From Prosthecobacter debontii (GTDB taxonomy: Bacteria > Verrucomicrobiota > Verrucomicrobiia > Chthoniobacterales > Chthoniobacteraceae), in the NCBI GenBank assembly GCA_945905735.1, contig CAMDQC010000008.1, forward strand, positions 1,989 through 65,988: a stretch of 64,000 nucleotides of DNA. The letters are read 5' to 3'. Below the pieces are notes generated by a model. It saw only the letters and a list, made by a program, of their open reading frames with translations, was not told the DNA's origin and ran no database searches. Below, piece after piece: positions 17,184 through 26,703 of this stretch (position 1 is the first letter of the stretch; each line of letters opens with the position of its first letter). Position numbers and translations under genes: made by a program.

Positions 17184-19388
17184 GTGACCGAAGGCTGGCA
17201 ATTTAACACCGCACCGTGGGCTCTCGCCACCGCCGCTGCATTCCTCGCGGCGAGCGTCTGGTTCTTCTTCCGCTCGCTGAAGCGCGAGGGCTCGGATGGC
17301 TGGCATGTCGCGCTGCATTTGTTGCGGCTTATCATCGCCGTCGCCGTGGCTGTCACGCTGCTGAAGCCCGAGCGTGTGGTGCTGGCGAAGCACTCGGAGC
17401 AGCCGCGTGTAGTCGTGCTTTGGGATGGCTCGGGCTCGATGAAAACGAAGGACGTGCTCACAGGAGAAAAGGACACGACAACTCGCGAGGCTTGGCTGAA
17501 GCAGCAGGTCGAGGCGAAGTTTTGGGAGCCGCTGGCGAAGCGGTATAACGTCACCATCGAGCCGTTTTCTACGCCGCCCGATGACCCGAAATCTCTCGAT
17601 GCTGAGACGCAAATCGGCAGTGACCTGAATACGCCGCTCGACCGTGCGCTCAAGCAATACAGCGACCTCCGCGCCGTCGTGATGCTCTCGGATGGCGACC
17701 GCAACTTGGGCGAAAATCCCATCACGGCGGCCACCGCGTTGGCGCGGAAGGATGTGCCGATTTACACCGTCGGCGTCGGCAGCGAGACGTATCTGCCGGA
17801 TGTGGAAGTCATCAGCGTGCTCGCGCCGAGCTACGCGCTGATCAACGAGCGCGTGAGCATCGTCGTCACGCTGCAAAACCGTCTGCCTCGCGAGGTGAAG
17901 ACGACGGTGAACATTTCCGGCCCCGGCGGCGCGACGGGCTCTAAAAAGGTGACGCTGCCCGCGATGGCGCAGATGCAGGAGATGATCGTTTTCACCCCGC
18001 AGAATGAAGGCGCGGGCGACTTCAAAGTGAGCATCCCCGTTGAGCGCGAAGACGTTTTTCCACTCAATAACGAGCGCACATTCCCCCTCGCCGTGCGCAA
18101 GGAGACGCTCAAGGTGCTCGTCGTCGATTCGCAGCCGCGCTGGGAGTTTCGCTACCTGCGCAACGCCCTCCAGCGCGACCCGAGTGTGGTCGTGAATACC
18201 GTGCTCTTTCACCCGCAAATCGGCATGGGCGAAGGCGTCGGCTACTTGCCGGAGTTCCCCACGAAGAAGGAAGATTTGCAGGGCTACGATGTCGTCTTTC
18301 TCGGCGATGTCGGCGTCGCGCAAGGACAGCTCACGCCCGAGCAGGCACAGTTGCTCGCGGGCCTCGTCACGCAGCAAGCGAGCGGCCTCGTATTTTTGCC
18401 CGGACCACTCGGCAGACAGAAAACGCTCGAAGGCACCGCGCTCGCCGACCTCGTGCCGGTGGAGACGGATTACACGAAAGGAATCGGCGTCGTCAGCGGC
18501 GCGGAGGCACGGCTGGAGCTGTCCACGCGCGGCCTCAACCACTGGCTCACCATGCTCGCGACAGACCCGAGCGCGAACCAAGCCGTGTGGCGCGGATTGC
18601 CGGGATTTTACTGGTACGCGCCCGTGGTCAAAGCGAAGGGCGGCGCGGAAGTACTCGCGGTCCACGAAGCCGCACGGAATCAAAGCGGACGCATCCCGTT
18701 GCTCGTCACACGTGCCGCTGGAAACGGCAAAGTTTTATACATGGGCACCGATTCCGCGTGGCGCTGGCGCAAAGGCGTGGAGGACACTTACCACTACCGG
18801 TTTTGGGGCCAAGTCGTGCGCTGGATGTCGCATCAGCGCCACCTCGCGCAGGAGGAAGGAATCCGCTTTTTCTACAGCCCCGAGCAGCCCCGGCGCGGCG
18901 ACAAAGTGCGGCTCAACGCCACCGTCATGGACAAGCTCGGCGTGCCCGTCACGAGCGGCAAAGTCACCGTCACCGCCAAAGCCCCCGACGGCACCAGCGA
19001 GACCATCGAGCTAGTCAACGAAGACGCCGAATGGGGAGTTTACACCGGCCCGTTCATCCCGCGCGAAGGCGGCAAATACGAACTCGAAGTCGCCAGCGAA
19101 ACCGCCGACCGCCGGATGAAGACGACGCTCGAAGTCTCAGTCCCCACTTTAGAAAAAGAAGGACTGCCCGCAAAGCTCGACGTGCTCCGCGAACTCAGCG
19201 CACTCACGCAAGGCAAGTTCCACACACCCGCCGAACTCTCACAGCTCGTGAACAGCCTCTCGCTCCTGCCCGAGCGCAAGCCCGACGAACTCCGCCTCCG
19301 CCTTTGGTGCCACCCGTTTTGGTGCGCCGGTTTATTGGCAGCGTTCGTCGCATACTGGGTCGGTCGCAAACTCGGCGGGCTAATCTAA
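17184..19388 (+). CDS. vWA-like membrane protein, terminal gene of the MoxR/BatA operon
   Basis: In-frame GTG 17184 lies 2 nt after the NTase stop. Two N-terminal TM helices, VVVLWDGSGSM (DxSxS MIDAS-type start) and a C-terminal TM (WCAGLLAAFVAYWVG). Confidence 0.7.
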   Translation: MTEGWQFNTAPWALATAAAFLAASVWFFFRSLKREGSDGWHVALHLLRLIIAVAVAVTLLKPERVVLAKHSEQPRVVVLWDGSGSMKTKDVLTGEKDTTTREAWLKQQVEAKFWEPLAKRYNVTIEPFSTPPDDPKSLDAETQIGSDLNTPLDRALKQYSDLRAVVMLSDGDRNLGENPITAATALARKDVPIYTVGVGSETYLPDVEVISVLAPSYALINERVSIVVTLQNRLPREVKTTVNISGPGGATGSKKVTLPAMAQMQEMIVFTPQNEGAGDFKVSIPVEREDVFPLNNERTFPLAVRKETLKVLVVDSQPRWEFRYLRNALQRDPSVVVNTVLFHPQIGMGEGVGYLPEFPTKKEDLQGYDVVFLGDVGVAQGQLTPEQAQLLAGLVTQQASGLVFLPGPLGRQKTLEGTALADLVPVETDYTKGIGVVSGAEARLELSTRGLNHWLTMLATDPSANQAVWRGLPGFYWYAPVVKAKGGAEVLAVHEAARNQSGRIPLLVTRAAGNGKVLYMGTDSAWRWRKGVEDTYHYRFWGQVVRWMSHQRHLAQEEGIRFFYSPEQPRRGDKVRLNATVMDKLGVPVTSGKVTVTAKAPDGTSETIELVNEDAEWGVYTGPFIPREGGKYELEVASETADRRMKTTLEVSVPTLEKEGLPAKLDVLRELSALTQGKFHTPAELSQLVNSLSLLPERKPDELRLRLWCHPFWCAGLLAAFVAYWVGRKLGGLI

Positions 19389-19444
19389 AGATTGCTTCGC
19401 ACCAACTCCGTCCGATGAATCACAAACGCACGCAGGCAAGAATT

Positions 19445-19463
19445 GCCCTCGCGTGGCGAGGGC
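19445..19463. terminator. Hairpin between convergent genes (possible bidirectional terminator)
   Basis: gccctcgc-gtg-gcgagggc is an 8-bp perfect stem. The T-run on the + strand starts only about 15 nt later, so the call is weak. Confidence 0.35.
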
Positions 19464-19513
19464 GGGTCAGAACGTCGTTTTTTCGCACGGGCCGCGAATT
19501 GCGGAAATCCGCG

Positions 19514-20140
<627 letters not shown>

Positions 20141-20273
20141 ATTATTAAGGGCGAGAGATTGAGGAGTGGATGGGCGGATTGCAAGTGCGGCGACTGGCTG
20201 GTTTTTGGCGGGGCGCATTTTTTGCGAAGCGCGCGTTGCGTCCCGCGTCGCGCCTGCTAGGGACTTGTCCGCG

Positions 20274-21044
20274 ATGGCGAACTCGTCTTTTTACATCCTC
20301 GCAGCCGATCAAAGCGGCGGGCTCATTTATGCGTTTGAACACTGTACGCTGCCGGGGAAACTCGTGCTGCTCGCGCTGTTCTTCGCGTCGTTGCTTTCTT
20401 GGACGGTGATGTGGACGAAGTTCCGCCAACTCCGGCGTTCGCAGGCGCGACGGGAGGATTTTCTGAGTGCGTTTCGAGGTAACCGTCAGCCGCTCAATCT
20501 CTATGAAGCGCAGGAGCTTTTTCGGGGGACGCCGGTTTTCTCGGTGTATCAGGATGGGTGCGAGGAGCTGTGCTTGCAGATGCTCGGGTCGGCTGAGGTA
20601 GATGAAACTTTCGCCGCACGGCTGGAGACAGCGGTGCGGATTTCTCCCGCGCAGATGGGCGTGGTGAAGTCTGCGCTGGAGCGCTCGGTGGGCGAGAGTG
20701 CGCTGGCTCTGGAGTCTCGCATGGTGCTGCTCTCGACGGTGGTGAGCGGCGCGCCTTTCCTCGGTCTGCTCGGGACGGTGTGGGGCGTGATGGAGACGTT
20801 CGGCGATGTGGGGCAGGCCGGAAAGGCGAACCTCGCGACGATGGCTCCAGGTGTCTCGGCGGCGCTGATCACCACGGTGATGGGGCTTCTCGTGGCGATC
20901 CCGGCGATGTTCGGGCACAATTATCTCATCAGCTCGTTGCGCGGGATGGTCGTGGAGCTGGAGCTTTTCGCCGCAGAACTAGCGAGCGTCTTTGAGCACA
21001 AGTATGTGGACCACCACGCGCCCCGCCGGGAGCCCACAGTATGA
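20274..21044 (+). CDS. exbB: MotA/TolQ/ExbB proton-channel protein
   Basis: Three TM segments and the conserved [13 protein letters not shown] and [15 protein letters not shown] blocks. It is followed by exbD and a tonB-like gene. Confidence 0.85.
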   Translation: MANSSFYILAADQSGGLIYAFEHCTLPGKLVLLALFFASLLSWTVMWTKFRQLRRSQARREDFLSAFRGNRQPLNLYEAQELFRGTPVFSVYQDGCEELCLQMLGSAEVDETFAARLETAVRISPAQMGVVKSALERSVGESALALESRMVLLSTVVSGAPFLGLLGTVWGVMETFGDVGQAGKANLATMAPGVSAALITTVMGLLVAIPAMFGHNYLISSLRGMVVELELFAAELASVFEHKYVDHHAPRREPTV

Positions 21045-21460
21045 AGCGCAAGTTCTCCGACCGTCATCAACTCGCCACCGTGAGCGAGCTAAACGTCACC
21101 CCGCTACTCGATCTCGCTTTCGTGCTGCTGATCATTTTCATGATCACCACGCCGCTCATCGAAAACAGCACCGACCTCGTACTGCCCAGCGGCGACCCGC
21201 AGGGGAACCCCGTGAACCCCGACAAAGTGCTGGCCGTCTCCATCCTCGCCGACGGAAGCATCACCATAGACGCGCAACCCGCGACGCTCGACGACATAGA
21301 GTCCGGGCTGGCCGCGCAAGTCTCCAAAGACCCGCAAACCGCCGTGCTCATCCGCGCACACAAAGACAACAGCGTGCAAAAACTGACCGACGTGATGGAG
21401 ACGGTGAAACGTGCAGGCGTAAAAAAAATCGGCATCGGCAACACGCCGAAAGCAGAATAG
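21041..21460 (+). CDS. exbD: ExbD/TolR biopolymer transport protein
   Basis: 139 aa. ELNVTPLLDLAFVLLIIFMITTP. The start overlaps the exbB stop. Confidence 0.85.
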   Translation: MKRKFSDRHQLATVSELNVTPLLDLAFVLLIIFMITTPLIENSTDLVLPSGDPQGNPVNPDKVLAVSILADGSITIDAQPATLDDIESGLAAQVSKDPQTAVLIRAHKDNSVQKLTDVMETVKRAGVKKIGIGNTPKAE

Positions 21461-21466
21461 CGCCCG

Positions 21467-22291
21467 ATGTATTCCGACCCACTAGCACCTGAGCGTGACC
21501 GAGGAGACCGTTTCTGGGGGACGTTCCTCATCGTGCTGCTGTTGCACACTGCCGTCATCGGCGTTGGCATCTATGTGTCGCGCGTGCTTTTCCCTCTGCG
21601 ACCGCCGGAACAAATCACATGGCTCAATGGCGGCGCAATCCAACCCAGCCAAGCGCCAGAACCCACGCAGCCCGAGACAAAAGAAGCGCCGCCCCAGCCC
21701 ATCGAGCCACCACCACAAGAGCCAAAAACACCCGGCGACATCGTAGAGCCCACTCCCACACCAGCACCGACTCCCGCCCCGACCCCTACTCCGAAACCAA
21801 CCACGCCGAAACCTACGACCCCAAAGCCCAAAGCCACACCGACTCCGATAAAACCGCCCATAAAAACTACCCCTCGCCCGGTCGTAAGAAAGCCCACAGA
21901 GCCACAGCCGACTCCGCGTGATGGCGCTGCTCCGCAAGCCGGCACCAAGCCCGGCCCCGGCGCGGCGAATGGGACGGGCACGAGCGCGGTCATCGCGGAG
22001 CAAACGAAGCGTTACTTCGACCTCATTCACGGGGATTTCGAAGCACTGTGGAAGCAACCTCTCACCGCAGAAGATGCAAATGCCGGAGCACAGCGGGGCG
22101 TCATTCGATTTCGTGTCGCCGCCGATGGCGCAGTGCTCTGGGCGCGACTCGCGAGATCGAGCGGGAGCCGGATCGTGGACGATTCGTTGGAAGCGGTATG
22201 CCGCCAATTGACGCGTCTTCCTCCCCCCTCGCCCGCGATTCAAATCGGCGGCTGTTTCGAGGGCTCCATCGAGATGGTGCTCAATCGCTAA
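21467..22291 (+). CDS. TonB-like energy transducer
   Basis: N-terminal TM, a Pro-rich spacer (PTPAPTPAPTPTPKPTTPKPTTPKPK) and a TonB-C-like end (GVIRFRVAADGAV...). Confidence 0.7.
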   Translation: MYSDPLAPERDRGDRFWGTFLIVLLLHTAVIGVGIYVSRVLFPLRPPEQITWLNGGAIQPSQAPEPTQPETKEAPPQPIEPPPQEPKTPGDIVEPTPTPAPTPAPTPTPKPTTPKPTTPKPKATPTPIKPPIKTTPRPVVRKPTEPQPTPRDGAAPQAGTKPGPGAANGTGTSAVIAEQTKRYFDLIHGDFEALWKQPLTAEDANAGAQRGVIRFRVAADGAVLWARLARSSGSRIVDDSLEAVCRQLTRLPPPSPAIQIGGCFEGSIEMVLNR

Positions 22292-22297
22292 AGCGCG

Positions 22298-23182
22298 TTA
22301 TGGACGCGCCTTGCTCGCAGTTTCCGTGGGGAACTCCGTCGGCACCGCAGTCGTCACTTTTCCCGTAGCGGCCCACTCGGTCCCGCGACGGAGTGTGACG
22401 GCGAAGCCCACGCAATTTACCGAGGTGGTGTCGTGCCCGAGCGCGGTGTGAAAAACTCGGCCTTTACCGTAATCAATCGCCATCAGCAGTGGCTCATCTT
22501 CGCCGGTTCCGCCTTTGTCCGGGGAGGACTTTGCGCTCGCCAGCACCGTCACATTTTTCGCGGGCCCACGCAGACGATCGTAGAGTTCATCCGCCGTGTG
22601 CATCCATTTTGCAGGGACTCCCGCCATGATGGGGTGCGTCGGAGCTTGCGCCGTCATCACGTATTCGTGTTTCGCTCCATGACTTCCACCACGGCCCGGC
22701 GTGGTGTCGGACGTCCATTTGTTATCCCTCAGGCGGAGGTAAGGGCCGCTCTTCTCGGAACGTCCGCCCCAGCCGCCAAGGCCGATCATTTCATTGTAGG
22801 CGAGCCATTCCGGGAACGAATTATTCGCCGCATGGACGGGGACAAAGCCGCCGCCGCCGCTCACATATTTCTCAAAAGCAGCACGCACATCCTCGGGCCA
22901 GAGCTTCCCGTTGTAATTGCTCACGACGACTTGGTAGTCCGCGAACTTCGGCTTCCACGCAGCCCATTTATCCTCCGGCGCTTTATTGTCCGGCGCAGTG
23001 GATACGTCCACTTTGCACAAGCCACCCTCTTCCAAAATCGCCTTCAAAACCGGCGAAGTCTGCACCCAGTTGTGGTTGTTCTGCCCATCTACGAGCAAGA
23101 CCTTGAGAGGCTCGGCGTGGGCTACGATGGTTCCGATAGAGAGAAGAAGAATGGCGTTTTTCATAAAATGCAGCGTCTCCAT
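22298..23182 (-). CDS. ThuA-like (trehalose utilisation family) secreted protein
   Basis: [28 protein letters not shown] and [10 protein letters not shown]. The start is ATG 23182 or 23164 ([17 protein letters not shown] signal); the upstream track extension is rejected. Confidence 0.8.
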   Translation of the reverse strand: METLHFMKNAILLLSIGTIVAHAEPLKVLLVDGQNNHNWVQTSPVLKAILEEGGLCKVDVSTAPDNKAPEDKWAAWKPKFADYQVVVSNYNGKLWPEDVRAAFEKYVSGGGGFVPVHAANNSFPEWLAYNEMIGLGGWGGRSEKSGPYLRLRDNKWTSDTTPGRGGSHGAKHEYVMTAQAPTHPIMAGVPAKWMHTADELYDRLRGPAKNVTVLASAKSSPDKGGTGEDEPLLMAIDYGKGRVFHTALGHDTTSVNCVGFAVTLRRGTEWAATGKVTTAVPTEFPTETASKARP

Positions 23183-23220
23183 CGCAAGAATCCGCGAACG
23201 GCGCAAGCGAGCAAATCTAC

Positions 23221-23928
23221 TTACGCTTCGAGGTAGAGAATCCGCGCGCAGTTCAAACAAGTCGTCACCTCTTTTGCTGCCTTGACGGAGTGGACGATGT
23301 GCGTCTGCGCCTTTACGTGGCAACCTTGGCACGTTTCGTTGGAAAGCGCTGCGACGGCGAGCCCGTCCTTGCGTTCAAAAAGGCGGCGATAATCGTCGAG
23401 AAGCTCTTCGTCCACAGCAGCGGCGAGTTTGTCACGGTCGGCCTGAACATCGGTGACTTGGGCCTCCAGCGCTATCGCCTTTGCGTCAATGTCGGCGGTT
23501 TGCCGCTGGACGAGCGCACGGGTGTCGGCGGTGTCCTTCTCCGCCGCTGCGATGACGGGCTTTTGCGCCTCGGCGGCTTCCATCCATGCCAGCTCTTTGT
23601 CTTCGATCCCGGCGATTTCTTTTCGCAGACTCTCGATGGCGTGGTCGTAGGCTTGGTATTCGTCGTTCTTTTTTGTACCGAGCTTCTGTTGCTCATACTT
23701 ACCGATCCGGTCTTCGCGGGCGCGGACTTCGTTTTCCAGTTCCTTGCGCTTCACTTCGATTTCCTTGGCCTTGAGGCGCGCGGCATCGAGCGTCGCAGAA
23801 GCCGTGGTGAGACGAGCTTCCATCGCCTTTTTTTCCAGCGGAGCGTTTTTAAGTTCGAGCTTTAATTGGCGCAACTTGCGGTCGCGATCTTGGATGACGA
23901 GGAGTTGAGTGACAGCGGGCAGAATCAT
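23221..23928 (-). CDS. COG1579-type coiled-coil protein with C4 zinc ribbon
   Basis: 235 aa. Long coiled coil followed by CQGCH...CLNC. Confidence 0.75.
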   Translation of the reverse strand: MILPAVTQLLVIQDRDRKLRQLKLELKNAPLEKKAMEARLTTASATLDAARLKAKEIEVKRKELENEVRAREDRIGKYEQQKLGTKKNDEYQAYDHAIESLRKEIAGIEDKELAWMEAAEAQKPVIAAAEKDTADTRALVQRQTADIDAKAIALEAQVTDVQADRDKLAAAVDEELLDDYRRLFERKDGLAVAALSNETCQGCHVKAQTHIVHSVKAAKEVTTCLNCARILYLEA

Positions 23929-23985
23929 TACGCGTGAACTTGGGCGGGAAGCCGCGAGCCGTCAACGCCCAAGCCCTTCTTGGGG

Positions 23986-24020
23986 ACAAAAAACCGCCCG
24001 CTAGTTTCCCAGCGGGCGGT
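23986..24020 (-). terminator. Rho-independent terminator of DUF1501 gene 24047-25480
   Basis: The minus strand reads accgcccgct-gggaaact-agcgggcggt followed by TTTTTTG. Confidence 0.6.
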
Positions 24021-24046
24021 CTTTGAAGTTTGTGCGAACGCTCGGT

Positions 24047-25480
24047 TTAGCCGATGAGCGCTTTCACGACCTTGCCGTAGTTATCGGTGAGGCGGAAGTC
24101 GCGGCCATTGTAGCGGTAGGTGAGCTTCTCGTGGTCAAAGCCGAGGAGCGCGAGCTGTGTGGCGTGCAAGTCGTGGATGTGAACTTTGTTCTCCACGGCT
24201 TTCGAGCCGAACTCGTCTGTCGCGCCGTAGGCTTGGCCGCCTTTGACGCCGCCGCCTGCCATCCATGCCACCATTGCGCGTCCATTGTGGTCGCGACCCG
24301 CAGCGTCGTTGCCGTTGCGGTCTTTGGTGACGGTGCGGCCGAATTCGCCGCCCCAGATGATGAGCGTCTCGTCGAGCAGACCGCGCTGACGCAGGTCGTT
24401 GATGAGCGCTGCAGCAGGTCCATCAATGGCACCAGCGGTGCGTGGCAGGCCAGTTTCGATGCCGCCGTGCATGTCCCATCCACCGTGCTCTACTTGGACG
24501 AAGCGGACGCCGCGTTCCACGAGGCGGCGGGCGACGAGGAGCTTGGAGCCCATGTCGGTTTTGCCGTACATCGTCTGGATGTCTTCGGGCTCTTTGGTCA
24601 CGTCGAAAGCGTCGGTGGCTTCGCTCTGCATCTTGAACGCCATTTCAAAAGCCTCAATACGGGCCTCAAGTTGCGCATCTTTCTGAAGTGCCTTCGCGTG
24701 CTCTTTGTTCAGCTCTTTCACGAGGTCGAGTTGGCGGCGTTGGCGCTCCTGAGGGCTGAATTGATTCCGGATGTTCAGAATCACGTCATCGAGATTCATT
24801 CCACGGCTGTAGTTGACGTTCACGCCTTGGAAGACGCCGGGAAGGAACGAAGCCTGACGCCATTCTGGGCGACCACCGATGGTGATGAAGCCGGGCATGT
24901 TTTGGTTATCCGTGCCGAGGCCATAGACGGACCACGAGCCAAACGATGGCTTGGGAAGCTGGAGCGATCCGGTGTTCATGAAGCGCTGGGCGACTTCATG
25001 TGCTGGAACGTCGGTCCACAGCGAGCGGATGACGGCGATATCGTCGGCGACTTCGCCGAGCTTCGGGAAGACTTCCGAGATTTCGAGGCCGGACTTGCCG
25101 CACTTTGGAAATTTGAACGGCGACCCGAACGCGATACCGTCGTGGCCGGGGATGGTTTTGTTGTCGTATTTCGCCAGTTCGGGCTTCGGGTCGAACGTAT
25201 CAACTTGCGTCGGACCGCCTGATGCAAAGATGTGGATGACGTGCTTTGCTTTGGCCGGAAAGTGGGGCTGCTTCGGCAGGAGCGGGTTCAAGCTCGTGCT
25301 TCCAGGAGCGAGCGCGGCAGCACCTTCAGCAAACGGGTTAATGCCAAATAGTGCGGCGAGACTCATCGCGCCGAAGCCCATGCCGGTGCGCGAAAGGAAT
25401 TGACGGCGCGTGAAGATCACATCTTCGAGCGATGGCGAATGTTCACGAATGAATTTATCTGTGGGACGTTGCGGTATCAT
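24047..25480 (-). CDS. DUF1501 family protein with twin-arginine signal (paralog of 364-1824)
   Basis: 477 aa. [38 protein letters not shown] and RDHN. Confidence 0.85.
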   Translation of the reverse strand: MIPQRPTDKFIREHSPSLEDVIFTRRQFLSRTGMGFGAMSLAALFGINPFAEGAAALAPGSTSLNPLLPKQPHFPAKAKHVIHIFASGGPTQVDTFDPKPELAKYDNKTIPGHDGIAFGSPFKFPKCGKSGLEISEVFPKLGEVADDIAVIRSLWTDVPAHEVAQRFMNTGSLQLPKPSFGSWSVYGLGTDNQNMPGFITIGGRPEWRQASFLPGVFQGVNVNYSRGMNLDDVILNIRNQFSPQERQRRQLDLVKELNKEHAKALQKDAQLEARIEAFEMAFKMQSEATDAFDVTKEPEDIQTMYGKTDMGSKLLVARRLVERGVRFVQVEHGGWDMHGGIETGLPRTAGAIDGPAAALINDLRQRGLLDETLIIWGGEFGRTVTKDRNGNDAAGRDHNGRAMVAWMAGGGVKGGQAYGATDEFGSKAVENKVHIHDLHATQLALLGFDHEKLTYRYNGRDFRLTDNYGKVVKALIG

Positions 25481-25664
25481 GTTTTTGTTTTGCGGTTAGT
25501 TTGTGTGACGAAATCAGTTTTGTAGTTGCCATAGAGGAAATAGCCCTGCAAGCGGTCTTTTAGAGTTTTATTTCAATAAGACGGAAACCGGCAACGCAAG
25601 AAATGCACCATATTTTATGCAATTACTCCGAACACGCCCCGTTCCGCGGCGCATAAATTTCTGT

Positions 25665-26594
25665 CTAAAATAACGCAACGGCGTGGGCCGCTGCGGCACT
25701 CGCCAGTCCCCCGAGATTGTAGCCGCCTTCGAGCATGCTCACCACGCGCCCGCCTGCTGTCTTTTCCGCGATGGCTCGGACGATGGCGGTAAGATCACTG
25801 AAATCTTTGTCCGTGAGCGTGAAGTTCCCCAGCGGATCGCCCTGCCGCGAATCGAAGCCAGCGCTGATCATCACGAGCTCCGGGCGGAACTTTTCCATCG
25901 CAGGAACGAGCTTCATCTCAAAAGCCCCGATGATTTCCTCGCGGCCACTTCCAGCCGGGAACGGGCAGTTCAGAGTGGTGCCTTTTCCTACGCCTGCTCC
26001 GGTTTCATTCGCGGCACCGGTCCCTGGGTACCACGGCGATTGGTGAGTGCTGAAAAAGAACACGCTGCCGTCTTCGTAAAAAATATCCTGCGTGCCGTTC
26101 CCGTGATGCACATCCCAATCCACAATCAGCACGCGTCCGATTCCGAGCCGTCGTTGCGCATGTCGCGCGGCGATGGCTACGTTGTTCAGAACGCAAAAGC
26201 CCATCCCTTTGACAGCGTTTGCGTGATGTCCCGGCGGGCGCACGAGACAGAATGCCGTCTTTGCCTCGCCCTTCACCACTGCATCCGTCGCGGCGATCGC
26301 GCATCCGGCGGCGGCCGTCGCCGCGTCCCACGATTCCGGGCCGATGTTCGTGTCTCCAGTGCTGAGATGATCGTAGCCGCCGAGAATCTCCCGCTCGGCG
26401 AGGTCAAGGTAGCGCGGTACGTGCGCAAGTTCGAGGTCCTCTCGATTCACTGCACGAGGGCCGATGACCTTGGCTCTTGCGATGACGCCAGCAGCGTCCA
26501 ACGCCGCATAAACCGCGCTGTAGCGCGCCGGTTGTTCGGGATGCCCTTTGCCGGGATTATGTGTCTTGCATGCGGGATCGGTGGCGAAAATCAT
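25665..26594 (-). CDS. Histone deacetylase-family amidohydrolase (AcuC/HDAC-like)
   Basis: VRPPGHHA and [11 protein letters not shown] motifs. Confidence 0.85.
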   Translation of the reverse strand: MIFATDPACKTHNPGKGHPEQPARYSAVYAALDAAGVIARAKVIGPRAVNREDLELAHVPRYLDLAEREILGGYDHLSTGDTNIGPESWDAATAAAGCAIAATDAVVKGEAKTAFCLVRPPGHHANAVKGMGFCVLNNVAIAARHAQRRLGIGRVLIVDWDVHHGNGTQDIFYEDGSVFFFSTHQSPWYPGTGAANETGAGVGKGTTLNCPFPAGSGREEIIGAFEMKLVPAMEKFRPELVMISAGFDSRQGDPLGNFTLTDKDFSDLTAIVRAIAEKTAGGRVVSMLEGGYNLGGLASAAAAHAVALF

Positions 26595-26703
26595 GAGCTA
26601 CTTATCGTCCGAGTTCCTTATTGAGCAATCTTAAGGTCGTTATCCGCTTCGCTGGGTGGCGAGCATTTGGGCGTTTCTCCTGATGAGGATGGGTCGATTC
26701 GGC

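Noticed and set aside
14131-19388. MoxR-DUF58-BatA-vWA operon itself as a novel system
   Set aside because: This is the well-known Bat/MoxR-type aerotolerance-like operon architecture. Only the two inserted units within it are unusual.
21700-21900. Repetitive ccgac/ccaa-rich DNA that could look like a repeat array
   Set aside because: It is the Pro/Thr-rich spacer of the TonB-like protein (coding low complexity). There are no spacer-repeat units, and no CRISPR-like array was seen anywhere in the window.
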